In this document: in pieces, positions 27,344-37,102 of the stretch | Layout of the letters: each line of letters starts with the position of its first letter | How positions within the stretch are numbered: position 1 is the stretch's first letter | Notes under the pieces: generated by a model | The model's input: only the letters and a program-made list of their open reading frames with translations | Told to the model about the DNA's origin: nothing | The model's database searches: none | Assembly (NCBI GenBank): GCA_050331595.1 | Contig: JBHJGQ010000024.1 | Span: 72,684-136,683, forward strand | DNA: 64,000 nt | Direction: 5' to 3' | Source: Opitutales bacterium | GTDB taxonomy: Bacteria; Verrucomicrobiota; Verrucomicrobiia; Opitutales; JBHJGM01 | Program-made: the position numbers and the translations under genes

Positions 27344-30300
27344 ATGACGGTCTCCAATCTGGAAGCGATCGCGGATGACATCCGTAAGCGATTGGCCCTG
27401 TGCGCGATGCGCGATCGGTCTCGGCTTCGACAGAAGCTCGGTCGCCTCTGGCCGGCGCGGCATCCTGAAAAGGTTGCCCCTAAACTCGAGGCCTTGCAGG
27501 CACAGGTCGATGCCTCGGTGGCCCGGGTTGAGGCACGCCGGGCCGCTTTGCCGAAAGCCCGTTTTCCCGAAGCCCTGCCCATCAGCGCCCGCGCCGCGGA
27601 AATCGTCGACCTCATTCGGCAGCACCCGGTGCTGGTGATCGCCGGGGAAACCGGCTCAGGCAAAACCACGCAACTGCCCAAGATGTGCCTGGCCGCCGGT
27701 CTGGGGGCCGCCGGAAAAATCGGCTGTACGCAACCCCGCCGCGTCGCCGCGCTCTCCATCTCCCGCCGCGTGGCCGACGAACTCAACGTGCCCTGGGGTC
27801 AGGAAGTGGGGGCCAAGATCCGCTTCACCGACAAGACCAGTGCGCACACCTGCGTGCAGTTCATGACCGATGGCATCCTGCTCAACGAACTGCAAACGGA
27901 TCCGGACCTGTCCGAATACGAAGCGCTGATCATCGACGAAGCCCACGAGCGCAGCCTGAACATCGACTTCCTGCTGGGCTGCCTGCGCACGTTGGTTCGC
28001 CGCCGCGACGATCTGCGCGTCATCGTCACCTCGGCCACCATCGACACGCGCGCCTTTGCCGAGGCCTTCGAGGGCGCGCCTGTTGTCCAAGTCAGCGGGC
28101 GGACCTTTCCCGTCTCAGTCGAGTACCGCCCGCTCGAAGACGCCGAGGGCGAGGTGTCCCAACTCGAAGTGGCCGCCCAAACCGTCGAGGACATCGTCGC
28201 CGCCAACAAGCCCGGCGACATTCTATGCTTCCTCCCCGGCGAACGGGAAATCCGCGAAGTCCGCGCCCTGCTCGAACGCGTCGAGGTGGGCCGGGCTGAG
28301 GTCCTGCCGCTCTTCGGTCGGTTGAGCGCCGCTGAGCAGCAATGCATCTTCGCGCCCACCCAGAAGCGACGCATCATCCTCGCCACCAACATTGCCGAAA
28401 CCTCGCTGACTCTGCCCGGCATCCGCTTCGGCATCGATACCGGCACGGCCCGCATCAGCCGTTTCAGCGCCCACACCCGCACGCAGCGCCTGCCCATCGA
28501 GCCGGTCAGCCAGAGCAGTGCTGATCAGCGCAAGGGCCGCGCCGGTCGCGTGGCCGAGGGCCTCTGCATTCGCCTGTATTCGGAAAAGGACTACGAGGCC
28601 CGGCCCAAATACACGCCGCCCGAAATCCGCCGCTCCAACCTGGCCGCCGTCATCCTGCGCCTCAAAGCCTTTGGCCTTGGCGAGGTCGAGACCTTCCCCT
28701 TCATCGACCCGCCCGAGACGCGCGCCATCACCGGCGGCTACCGACTGCTTCAGGACCTGGGCGCACTCGATGAAGCCCACGCCTTGACCAGCCTGGGCCA
28801 CGAACTCGCCCGCCTGCCGGTCGACCCCACCGTGGGTCGCATGCTCCTGCAAGCGCGCCGCGAACACTGCTTGCCCGAGGTCCTGGTCATCGCCGCCGGT
28901 CTCTCCATTCAGGACCCCCGCGAGCGCCCCATGGAGCAGCAGGAGGCCGCCGACCGCATGCACCGTCGCTTCCGCCATGAACACAGCGACTTCCTCACCC
29001 TCCACAATATCTGGCAGGCCTACCACGACGAGGTGGAGAACCTGACCCAGCGCCAGTTGCGCCGTTTCTGCGAGGCGCATTTCCTTTCCTACCTGCGAAT
29101 GCGCGAGTGGCGCGACATTCACGATCAGCTTCTGCGCGTGATGCGCGACCTCGGCGACGTACGCCTGGATGGCAAGCCCGCCGAAGCCACCGCCGTCCAC
29201 CGTTGCCTGCTCGTGGCGCTGCCCGGCAACGTGGGGCGAAAGGACGAAGGCAATCTGTACCGTGTCACGCATGGCCGCCGTGCGCGCATTTTCCCGGGTT
29301 CGGTGCTCTTTGATCGCCGCGCTGAAAAAGCCGGCAAGAAAAAGAAAAACGAAACTAGCCACGACCAGCGCGACGGGCGCACGCCGCCCTGGCTTCTCTG
29401 CGCCGAGTGGGTGGAAACCTCCCAGCTCTTTGCCCGCACCGTCGCCCGCATCGAGCCGCGCTGGCTGCCCGAACTCTGCGGTCACCTTTGCAAAGCGACC
29501 ATCGCCGACCCGTACTGGGACGCCAAAGCCGGCCGCGTCCTCGTACGCGAACGTCTCTTTCTTCACGGCCTCGAGGTCGCCTCCCAGGCGGTTGCGTACG
29601 GCGTGCACAACATGGAGGAAGCAACCGACATCTTCATCCGCTCCGGCCTCGTTGAGGATACGCTCCCGGAGCAGCTCGGCTTCCTGGAACACAACCGCCG
29701 TATCCGCCAGCGTGTTGAGGAGCGCCAGACCCGCCTGCGTCTGGCCGCCCTGCACGCGCTTGATGACCGCCTCTACCGCTTCTATTCGCAGCGCCTGGAG
29801 AATGTCAGCGCGGTGCCCGAGTTGCGTCGCTTCATCAACGAGCACCACGGCGGCGACGACGCCTTCCTGCGCCTGACCGAAGCCCAGCTGCTGGGCGGTA
29901 CAACCGAGGAGACCGCGACCGAAGCCTTTCCCGATGCCGTTCAGATCGATGGCCAGGCACTGCCGCTGCGCTACGCCTACAAACCCGGCGAGTCCGACGA
30001 CGGCGCCACGCTCTCCGTCCCCCTGGAGCAGTTTGGCGGTTTGCAGCCCGGCGTGCTCGACTGGCTCGTGCCCGGTTACATTGAGGAACGCGTACGCCTG
30101 CTCCTGCGCAACTTGCCCAAGGACAAACGCCGCCGCCTCAGCCCGCTCAACGAAAACGCCCGCTTCATCTGTCAGCGCCTCGAGCCTTCACCCGATCCCC
30201 TGGCCCAGCAGGTTGCCGCCACAGTCCGCCAATACTTCGACCTGGAAACCACCCCGGCCGACTGGCAGGAGGACGACCTGCCCGAGCACCTGCGCCCGCG

Positions 30301-31303
30301 TATTGAGCTGACGGATACGAACGGCAAGAAAATCGTTGCCGCCGACCGGGATTGGGACCGCCTGCGCACCGAGTTTCGTAAGCGCCAGCAGACCTTGGCG
30401 CAGGGTGGGGAGGTGGGTCCCGCCGGACTCTGGAAGCGCGCCCGCGCGCACTGGGAGCGAACTGGACTGACCGAATGGACCGTCGGCGATGTGCCGGAAA
30501 CGGTTGAGGTTGGCCTGGTCGGCGACGTCACCGTAACCGCCTGGCCGGCCCTGCGCGCGGACCCCGATTCCACCGTTTCTCTCGTCCTTTTGCCCACACG
30601 CGACGAGGCGCTCCAGGCCACCCGCGGCGGCTGGTTTCAGCTCGCCGAGCGCGAACTCGGGCGCGAGTTCGCCTGGCTCGAAAAAGACCTGAAGGACCTG
30701 CGCCAAATCGGTCCGCTGCTCATCACTCTCGCGCCGCTGGAAACCGTCCGCGCCCAGCTCTTCGTCAACCTTCGCCAGACGTTGCTGACTCCGGGCGCCT
30801 TCCTGCCCCTGCAAGAGACGCGGTACAAAGGCTGCGTCGCCTCCGCGCGCGAGCGTCTGCGCGGGCTCGTCCCCCGACTCATCGACCAGCTCAAGCGTCT
30901 GCTCGAACTGCGTCAGCGCCTGATCCTGGGGGAGAGCGGCATCAAGGGCCTCAAGGCCGAAGCCGAGCGACTGGTGCCTGCCAACGTCTGTGAGCGCGTG
31001 CCCTTTACCCGTTTGGAACGCCTCGAACGTTACCTGCGTGCCCTTGAAAAACGCGCCGAACGCGCCCGGCTTGACCCCGCCCGCGATGCCGAAAAAGCTG
31101 CCCGGATCGCACCCTTCGTCAAGGCCTACAACGAGACCATGCGCGACCCCAAACGCCGTGCGCGCAAGCAAGCTGAGCTTGAGGAACTGCGCTGGCTGAT
31201 CGAGGAGCTGAAGGTGTCCATCTACGCTCAGGAACTGGGCACCTCCGAGCCCGTATCCGAAAAAAAACTACAGGCCAAAGTCGCCCGCCTGCGTGCGGAG
31301 TGA
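27344..31303 (+). CDS. hrpA: ATP-dependent RNA helicase HrpA (DEAH box)
   Basis: Track ORF 27326..31303; ATG 27344 is the preferred start. Motifs: Walker A GETGSGKTTQLP, DEAH IIDEAHERS, and VTSATID. The long C-terminal extension is typical of HrpA. Confidence 0.95.
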   Translation: MTVSNLEAIADDIRKRLALCAMRDRSRLRQKLGRLWPARHPEKVAPKLEALQAQVDASVARVEARRAALPKARFPEALPISARAAEIVDLIRQHPVLVIAGETGSGKTTQLPKMCLAAGLGAAGKIGCTQPRRVAALSISRRVADELNVPWGQEVGAKIRFTDKTSAHTCVQFMTDGILLNELQTDPDLSEYEALIIDEAHERSLNIDFLLGCLRTLVRRRDDLRVIVTSATIDTRAFAEAFEGAPVVQVSGRTFPVSVEYRPLEDAEGEVSQLEVAAQTVEDIVAANKPGDILCFLPGEREIREVRALLERVEVGRAEVLPLFGRLSAAEQQCIFAPTQKRRIILATNIAETSLTLPGIRFGIDTGTARISRFSAHTRTQRLPIEPVSQSSADQRKGRAGRVAEGLCIRLYSEKDYEARPKYTPPEIRRSNLAAVILRLKAFGLGEVETFPFIDPPETRAITGGYRLLQDLGALDEAHALTSLGHELARLPVDPTVGRMLLQARREHCLPEVLVIAAGLSIQDPRERPMEQQEAADRMHRRFRHEHSDFLTLHNIWQAYHDEVENLTQRQLRRFCEAHFLSYLRMREWRDIHDQLLRVMRDLGDVRLDGKPAEATAVHRCLLVALPGNVGRKDEGNLYRVTHGRRARIFPGSVLFDRRAEKAGKKKKNETSHDQRDGRTPPWLLCAEWVETSQLFARTVARIEPRWLPELCGHLCKATIADPYWDAKAGRVLVRERLFLHGLEVASQAVAYGVHNMEEATDIFIRSGLVEDTLPEQLGFLEHNRRIRQRVEERQTRLRLAALHALDDRLYRFYSQRLENVSAVPELRRFINEHHGGDDAFLRLTEAQLLGGTTEETATEAFPDAVQIDGQALPLRYAYKPGESDDGATLSVPLEQFGGLQPGVLDWLVPGYIEERVRLLLRNLPKDKRRRLSPLNENARFICQRLEPSPDPLAQQVAATVRQYFDLETTPADWQEDDLPEHLRPRIELTDTNGKKIVAADRDWDRLRTEFRKRQQTLAQGGEVGPAGLWKRARAHWERTGLTEWTVGDVPETVEVGLVGDVTVTAWPALRADPDSTVSLVLLPTRDEALQATRGGWFQLAERELGREFAWLEKDLKDLRQIGPLLITLAPLETVRAQLFVNLRQTLLTPGAFLPLQETRYKGCVASARERLRGLVPRLIDQLKRLLELRQRLILGESGIKGLKAEAERLVPANVCERVPFTRLERLERYLRALEKRAERARLDPARDAEKAARIAPFVKAYNETMRDPKRRARKQAELEELRWLIEELKVSIYAQELGTSEPVSEKKLQAKVARLRAE

Positions 31304-33709
31304 TCACCGCCGTCTTCGGCCCATGCCGCCAACGGCAATCGCCAGGGAGGTCAGCGAACTCAACGGCATCAGAATGGCCGCCAGCAGCGGGCTCATCCAA
31401 CCAGCCAGTGCAATCGAGACCACGGTCAGGTTGTACGTGGTGGTGAAAGCGAAGACCGCCCGAAGCGCGCGCCGCCGCCGCCTGCCCACGGCAAAGACGC
31501 TTTCGATCCCCGTCAGATCCTGCCCGAGAAAATAGAAATCCGCTTTCTGTTCGAGCAGCCCCTTGTCCACCACCGGAGTGGCGCGCACCCCGGCAGCGTC
31601 GAAGGCCAGCGAGTCGTTCGCCCCGTCGCCTACCATCAGCACGCTCGACCCGCCAGCAGCGACCACGGCGGCCTGCTTCTGTTCCGGGCTCAATCCGCCG
31701 CAAGCCGCTGCCGGTTCCAGGCCCAGCGCCTGCGCCATCGTATCCACTTTTTTCTGACGGTCGCCCGAGAGGATTGCCAACGCGTACCCCGCCGACCGCA
31801 AGCGCTCCAGTTGCTCCCGCGCATCGCGACGCACCGCATCCTCAAAGCGCAGGCGCGCCAGCACCGCTTCGTTGTGGCTGAAAACCGCGTCGGTACCCTC
31901 GGTCGAGGCTGCGGTTGTCGAGGCCCAGCCGGGCCGACCGAGCCGCCAGTGATTGGCCTCGTCCCGCAGGCCGACTCCCTGGCCGGGCACCTCTTCAAAC
32001 TGCGTGTCCTGCGAATCTGGATACGCCTGGGGCGTGAACCCCGGCAGCCGCAGGAGATTCTCCCGCAGCGAACGTCCAACCGGATGCAGACTCTCCTCCA
32101 CCAGCCGGTAAAGCACCTGCTGGTTGCCCGGAGTGAGCGCACTCAGCGCCTCCGGGTTGAGTAGACGCGGCGATTCCAGCGTGAGCGTGCCGGTCTTATC
32201 GAAGAAAATGTGCCGTACGGCCTCCAGTCGTTCCCAAACGGTGGGCTCGCGCAGATAGACGCCGCGTCGCCGCAGCGCCGAGGCGCTCAACTCCTCGGTC
32301 AACGGCCATGCCACGCCCAAAGCGCATGGGCAGGAAACTACCAGCACCGCGATCAACACTTCGAGCGCCCGCGTCCAATCCGACTGCGTCGACAACCAGG
32401 CGACAGAACCGGCCACCGACAACGCCAGCACGATCATCAGATAGACCCGCAGGATACCCTCCAGCCTCGGGTTGCGATGCTCGGCTTCGTCGCCTTGCAG
32501 CAGCTTGGCCAGCAGCGAGGCCTCCCACACTTCGAGCGCTTCCAGAGCCAGCGGCTCGGACGAAATGTTCACCGCGCCCGCCGGCACCATCTGCCCCGGT
32601 TTCCACGCGCAGGGTTCCGACTCGCCGTTGATCCACTCCAGCGAGAGCGTCGCCTCGCTCTGCAACAGCCGCGCGCGAACCGGCACCACCTGCCCCGGGC
32701 GCACCGCAAAGTGGTCGCCTTTGCGCAACGCTGCCGCCGTGACGCTCGCTGGGCCGGAGGGCTCCGTCGACGCTGCGTCCAGTCGCTGAACGTTCAGGGT
32801 ATCGGGGCGCTCGCCGGTCAGGCGGCTGCGGTTGCGCTCGATGGCGGCTTCCTGCAGCCAGCGCCCCACCAGCATCAGAAAGACAAAGATGCTGACGAAG
32901 TCGAAGTACAGCAGCCGTTCGGCCTGCAGCAGCCAGCCAACCATGGAGCCGGTCCACGCGGCCACCAATCCCAGCGCGATCGGCAGGTCGATGTGCAGCA
33001 CGCCGCGCCGCAGACCCCGGACCGCGCGTTCGATGAAGTAGCTCCCGCCAACGGCCAGGCTCAGGCTCGCAAAGAGCGCGTTGAGCAATTCGAAGAGCCG
33101 GGCGAACTGGAAGTTGTCCTCCATGCCGAGATAGCGCGGCAGCGTGAACAGCATCGTGTTCAATGCGAGAAACGCACACACACCGATGCGCAGGCCCAGC
33201 CCGCGCTGCTGGGCGCTGGCCTCGGACTCGTTGCCCGGCTGTCCGAGCCGATAGCCAAAACGCTGGAGCTCCCGCGCGAAGTCCCGCACCTCAAACGCTC
33301 CGGGCTGCCACTGCAGGCGGGCGCGTCCGAGCTGCGCATTGACGTTGATGCGCAAGGCTCCCGGCTGGTCGATAAACACCTTCTCCACCAGCCAGACACA
33401 GCCCACGCAGGAGATACCGGTCAGGCCCAACTCCAGGCTCGCGGGCCGACCTTCGACCGCTTCGCCTTCCGTCTGACGCGCGCGCGCGTCGAGCCAGTCC
33501 AGGTTTTCGCCCGGATGGAAAACCGCCGACGAGACCGGCTGCAGCGTGCGGTCCTTCAGGTCGTAAAAACGCGTCAGCCCCCGGTCATGCAGCAGACGAT
33601 GCACGTATTCGCAACCGGCGCAGCAAAACGCTTCCGACTCGTCGCGTGGACGAAACCGCGTTCCGCAGTGCTTGCAGGCTCGCTGCGTCGGCATCGTTAC
33701 GGTCGTCAT
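31304..33709 (-). CDS. ccoI: Copper-translocating P1B-type ATPase of the cbb3 maturation cluster (CcoI/FixI)
   Basis: Track ORF of 801 aa. The N-terminal Cys-rich metal-binding region is CKHCGTRF...FCCAGCEYV. Also present: TM motif SCPCALG, phosphorylation site FDKTGTLT and hinge VGDGANDS. Confidence 0.9.
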   Translation of the reverse strand: MTTVTMPTQRACKHCGTRFRPRDESEAFCCAGCEYVHRLLHDRGLTRFYDLKDRTLQPVSSAVFHPGENLDWLDARARQTEGEAVEGRPASLELGLTGISCVGCVWLVEKVFIDQPGALRINVNAQLGRARLQWQPGAFEVRDFARELQRFGYRLGQPGNESEASAQQRGLGLRIGVCAFLALNTMLFTLPRYLGMEDNFQFARLFELLNALFASLSLAVGGSYFIERAVRGLRRGVLHIDLPIALGLVAAWTGSMVGWLLQAERLLYFDFVSIFVFLMLVGRWLQEAAIERNRSRLTGERPDTLNVQRLDAASTEPSGPASVTAAALRKGDHFAVRPGQVVPVRARLLQSEATLSLEWINGESEPCAWKPGQMVPAGAVNISSEPLALEALEVWEASLLAKLLQGDEAEHRNPRLEGILRVYLMIVLALSVAGSVAWLSTQSDWTRALEVLIAVLVVSCPCALGVAWPLTEELSASALRRRGVYLREPTVWERLEAVRHIFFDKTGTLTLESPRLLNPEALSALTPGNQQVLYRLVEESLHPVGRSLRENLLRLPGFTPQAYPDSQDTQFEEVPGQGVGLRDEANHWRLGRPGWASTTAASTEGTDAVFSHNEAVLARLRFEDAVRRDAREQLERLRSAGYALAILSGDRQKKVDTMAQALGLEPAAACGGLSPEQKQAAVVAAGGSSVLMVGDGANDSLAFDAAGVRATPVVDKGLLEQKADFYFLGQDLTGIESVFAVGRRRRRALRAVFAFTTTYNLTVVSIALAGWMSPLLAAILMPLSSLTSLAIAVGGMGRRRR

Positions 33710-33796
33710 GTTTCAGGCGAACACAGTTCAGATCCTTCACCGTTTCCATGGGCGGCGCACGTCTGAATGCGGGTCACTTTCGTCCGTCATCCCGCC

Positions 33797-34495
33797 CTAG
33801 AAGTGGCACCACTCGGGCAAGCCGCTGAAGGCGTTTTCACGGTTGACCATGCGCCAGGTGATCACGGCGGCCATCAGCAGCGCCATGGCGCGCTGCACCC
33901 GCTTCAGCCAGAGCGGACCAATCGCGCGGCGTAGCTGCCAGAATTGCGTCTGGACGAGAAACAGCAGCGGCAGCGTCCCCAGGGCAAAGGCCAGCAGAAA
34001 CTCCGCGCCCCGCAGCCAATGCCCCGTGAACAGCGCCAGGCCAAACATCGCGTAGAGCGGCCCGCAGGGCAGAAACGGTGTGAAGAAACCCAGCAGCCCG
34101 CCCGCTGCCGGACGCGGCAGTGTGCGCACCTTCTGGTTCACCTGGAAAAACGCGCGCCCAAAGACCCTCGGCTTGGGCAGGCGTTGGTCCAGGCCCAGCC
34201 CGACCAACAGAAAAAACGCCGCCAGCACCCACGGCAGAAACGCCACCGGCGTGAGCGAAAACTGCTCGACCACGATGCTGCCCAGCCCACCGGCCACCGC
34301 GCCAATCACCCCGTAGGCCAGCACCCGCGCGGCGTGGTAAGTCCCCGCCGTCACCGCCACGCTGCTGCCTTCCTTGGGCGCCGGCAAAAACGCGCAGGCC
34401 AGCGGACCGCACATGCCCACGCAGTGCAGACTCGTCACGAGCCCCGCGATGAACGCCGGTCCCGTCCCGGTGATCGTATTGTGGTCAATCTCCAT
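33797..34495 (-). CDS. DsbD_2 / TauE-SafE-like membrane protein associated with cbb3 maturation clusters
   Basis: Track ORF 33797..34525 trimmed to ATG 34495 (MEIDHNTITG...). It has the motif LHCVGMCGPLACAF and multiple TM helices. The family assignment relies on memory of similar cluster members. Confidence 0.7.
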   Translation of the reverse strand: MEIDHNTITGTGPAFIAGLVTSLHCVGMCGPLACAFLPAPKEGSSVAVTAGTYHAARVLAYGVIGAVAGGLGSIVVEQFSLTPVAFLPWVLAAFFLLVGLGLDQRLPKPRVFGRAFFQVNQKVRTLPRPAAGGLLGFFTPFLPCGPLYAMFGLALFTGHWLRGAEFLLAFALGTLPLLFLVQTQFWQLRRAIGPLWLKRVQRAMALLMAAVITWRMVNRENAFSGLPEWCHF

Positions 34496-34694
34496 TTGTT
34501 GCGTGCGCTTCAGGCAGCGTTGCATCGGCGGTGGCGTCCGGCATGGGCAGCGATTCGCCCAACTCCACCTCCTGCGCGGGGTTGTCCAGCGCGAGCTTGA
34601 AGAACACGCCCCAACCCAAAATCAACAACCCAAACAGTGCAACCAGCCAGATCCACGGACGCTGGCGCACGAACCCTTCCCCCGCCGCGTTCAT
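34485..34694 (-). CDS. 69-aa single-TM protein in the FixH/CcoH position
   Basis: Track ORF MNAAGEGFVRQRPWIWLVALFGLLILGWGVFFKLALDNPAQEVELGESLPMPDATADATLPEAHATNGD. Its start overlaps the ccoG stop (ATGA). The RPWIW...TM segment resembles FixH N-termini, but the periplasmic domain is missing. Confidence 0.4.
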   Translation of the reverse strand: MNAAGEGFVRQRPWIWLVALFGLLILGWGVFFKLALDNPAQEVELGESLPMPDATADATLPEAHATNGD

Positions 34695-36178
34695 GAAATC
34701 GGCGGCGCGCGGCCTGGGGCTGTGGAGGCGGCGTTGTCCGTGCCCGATGCGTTCCGGCGCCGCTCACGCTCGCGTTGCAACAAGGTGGGGTCCGGACCGA
34801 CAAACTGCGCCTCGTCGCGCACGATCACGCTGCCGTCGGCATCAGTCAGCTCCACCGGAAGTTCAAACTGCCCGGCGTAATCGCTCATGCGCTGGAGCAC
34901 GGCCAGGCTGCGGACGGTTTCCTCCAGAGGCCCGAGGGCAATGCCCGCGTCGAAGCCGTGCACACTCACCCCGCTGGGCAGATTCACGATGCGCGCCTGC
35001 AACACCACCGCCTCGTTGCGCTTGTTGATGATGCGCACGTTGAAACTGTTGCGCAACGTGTCCTGCTCGAAGTCGGGCACGTAGGGGTCGCCGCTCTGCC
35101 GAATCACGTTCAAGTGCGCCGGCGAAATCGTCGAAAATGAAAGCGTTGCCGCCACGATCCCCAGGCTCATCAGCAGGCCATAGACAAAGAGCCGTGGGCG
35201 CACCAGGCGCGTCTTTTTCCCGGCCAGCCCATTGAGCGAATCGTACCGGATCAGCCCGCGCTCGCGCCCGAGTTTGTCCATGATCGCGTCGCAGGCATCG
35301 ATGCAGTTGGAGCAGCCGATGCACTCCATTTGCAAGCCCTGGCGAATGTCGATCCCCGTCGGGCAGACCGCCACGCAGCGGTTGCAGGCAATGCAGTCGC
35401 CTACGCCCTCCACGTTCGGTTTGCCGCGCGGCTCGCCGCGTTGCTCATCGTAGCCGATGACCACCGAGTCGTCGTCGATCAGCGTGCTTTGCAGTCGCCC
35501 GTAGGGACAGATGATCAGGCACAGTTGCTCGCGAAACCACGAAAAGTTGAAGTACAGGACCCCGGTCGCTGCGACCACGAAAAAGAACGGCTTCAGGTGC
35601 TCCGTCGGGCTGGTCAGCATCCACTCCCAAAGCTGCGGAATCGAGATAAAGTACGCTAGGAAGACGTGTGCGATCACCGCCGAGAACAGGACGAACACCA
35701 CGTGCTTGCCGCCGCGTCGCGCCACTTTGTACGCGTCCCATGGGCGCTTGTCCAGGCGCTTCTGCGCCGTCGCGTCGCCCTCAAACCAGCGCTCCACCCG
35801 GCGGTAGAGGTGCTCCAGGAAAACCGTCTGCGGGCAGGCCCAGCCGCACCAGATGCGCCCAAAGAGCGCGGTGATGAAAAACAGCGAAAACCCCAGCCCG
35901 GTGATCAAAAAGAACATCAGCCACAGGTCCTGCGTCACCAGCGTCAGCCCAAAGAGGTGGAAGCGCCGGTTGAGCACATCGAGGAACACGGCCGGGTGCC
36001 CGTTGATGGGTATCCATGGCAGCAAGACGTAGATCGCGATCAGTACCCAGGCACTGATCCGTCGCCACAGTGTGAAGCGCCCCCACACGTCCGCCGGACG
36101 CAGGAAATTGCGTGAGCCATCCTCGGCGATCGTGGTGACCGAATCGCGGTTGGGCGTGCGTTGTGCGTTGGCGGCCAT
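34691..36178 (-). CDS. ccoG: cbb3 oxidase accessory ferredoxin-like protein CcoG
   Basis: Track ORF of 495 aa. Motifs: CGWACPQTVFLE, CIACNRCVAVCPTGIDIRQG and CIGCSNCIDACD. Confidence 0.9.
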   Translation of the reverse strand: MAANAQRTPNRDSVTTIAEDGSRNFLRPADVWGRFTLWRRISAWVLIAIYVLLPWIPINGHPAVFLDVLNRRFHLFGLTLVTQDLWLMFFLITGLGFSLFFITALFGRIWCGWACPQTVFLEHLYRRVERWFEGDATAQKRLDKRPWDAYKVARRGGKHVVFVLFSAVIAHVFLAYFISIPQLWEWMLTSPTEHLKPFFFVVAATGVLYFNFSWFREQLCLIICPYGRLQSTLIDDDSVVIGYDEQRGEPRGKPNVEGVGDCIACNRCVAVCPTGIDIRQGLQMECIGCSNCIDACDAIMDKLGRERGLIRYDSLNGLAGKKTRLVRPRLFVYGLLMSLGIVAATLSFSTISPAHLNVIRQSGDPYVPDFEQDTLRNSFNVRIINKRNEAVVLQARIVNLPSGVSVHGFDAGIALGPLEETVRSLAVLQRMSDYAGQFELPVELTDADGSVIVRDEAQFVGPDPTLLQRERERRRNASGTDNAASTAPGRAPPIS

Positions 36179-36207
36179 GTTGGGGGCCTGTCGGCCTTAC
36201 GTTGAGG

Positions 36208-36879
36208 CTAAAGGTTTCGGGTGCCCTCGACCGGTGCAGTCTCCGTTTCGCCCGTCGTCGGCGCCTCGCCTTGGGCGTCAATGGCGGCGCGCAGTTGGGC
36301 TTCATCGTTGCGGCTCATGACAAAGGCGACCACCTGCCCCACTTGTTGCGGACCCAGCACCGGACCCCAGGCCTGCATCCCTTTGTCGGGGATACCGTCG
36401 AAGATCGTCACGTACATCTCCGAAGGCCGCGCGCCGTGGACCCATTCGGCGTCAACGAGATTGAAGCCGATACCGCCGGGACGGGATGACTCCACCCCCA
36501 TCATATCGTCCAGGTGGCAGGTGACGCACTTTTGCTGATAGATCGCCTCGCCCTTCGCAATGACTTCGGCGTTGGCCATCATATCCCAAAAAACCTCGTC
36601 GTCAGTCGCGTCGAAACCGCCGGCCAGTTGTATCTCCTGCAGCCGGTTCAACTCGTTTTGCACCGTGGCGTAGTCGTTCGGGCCCACGTGGCTCTGGATG
36701 GAGAAAAAGTAATACACAAACGCAAAAACAATGGCCGCGTACAGAGTGAACAGCCACCAGTTCGGCAGGCGCTGGTCATACTCCTGAATGCCGTCGTAGC
36801 TGTGGTCCAGCAGCCGCACTTCGCCCTTTTGCACGGGGCCTTTACGGTTGGAGGTCGTCTGGGTTGGTTCGTCGTTCAT
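36208..36879 (-). CDS. ccoP: cbb3-type cytochrome c oxidase subunit III-like, mono-haem
   Basis: Track ORF of 223 aa. It has LLDHSYDGIQEYDQRLPNWWLFTLYAAIVFAF, a CcoP N-terminal signature, and a single CxxCH motif (CVTCH). Confidence 0.8.
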   Translation of the reverse strand: MNDEPTQTTSNRKGPVQKGEVRLLDHSYDGIQEYDQRLPNWWLFTLYAAIVFAFVYYFFSIQSHVGPNDYATVQNELNRLQEIQLAGGFDATDDEVFWDMMANAEVIAKGEAIYQQKCVTCHLDDMMGVESSRPGGIGFNLVDAEWVHGARPSEMYVTIFDGIPDKGMQAWGPVLGPQQVGQVVAFVMSRNDEAQLRAAIDAQGEAPTTGETETAPVEGTRNL

Positions 36880-37097
36880 CAGTCAGAGCGTTGGTTGGGG
36901 TCGGCGGGTACGGGCACTTCAATCTCGGTCACGTCGGGCTCCAGCGGCAGCTTGGCGGCGTGTTCGCGCTTCTCACGCTTCATCGTCAGGATGCGCCACA
37001 TCTGGAAGGCAAACAGCGCAAACGTCGCCGCGAAGGCCATCAGGAGGACCCAGGTGGTCCACTCGTCGAGTTGCAGTTGTTCGAGCAGCTTGCGCAT
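36879..37097 (-). CDS. ccoQ: CcoQ/FixQ-like small membrane subunit
   Basis: Track ORF of 72 aa with one TM segment (WTTWVLLMAFAATFALFAFQMW). It sits between ccoNO and ccoP. Its stop overlaps the ccoP start (TGATG). Confidence 0.5.
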   Translation of the reverse strand: MRKLLEQLQLDEWTTWVLLMAFAATFALFAFQMWRILTMKREKREHAAKLPLEPDVTEIEVPVPADPNQRSD

Positions 37098-37102
37098 ACG
37101 GC

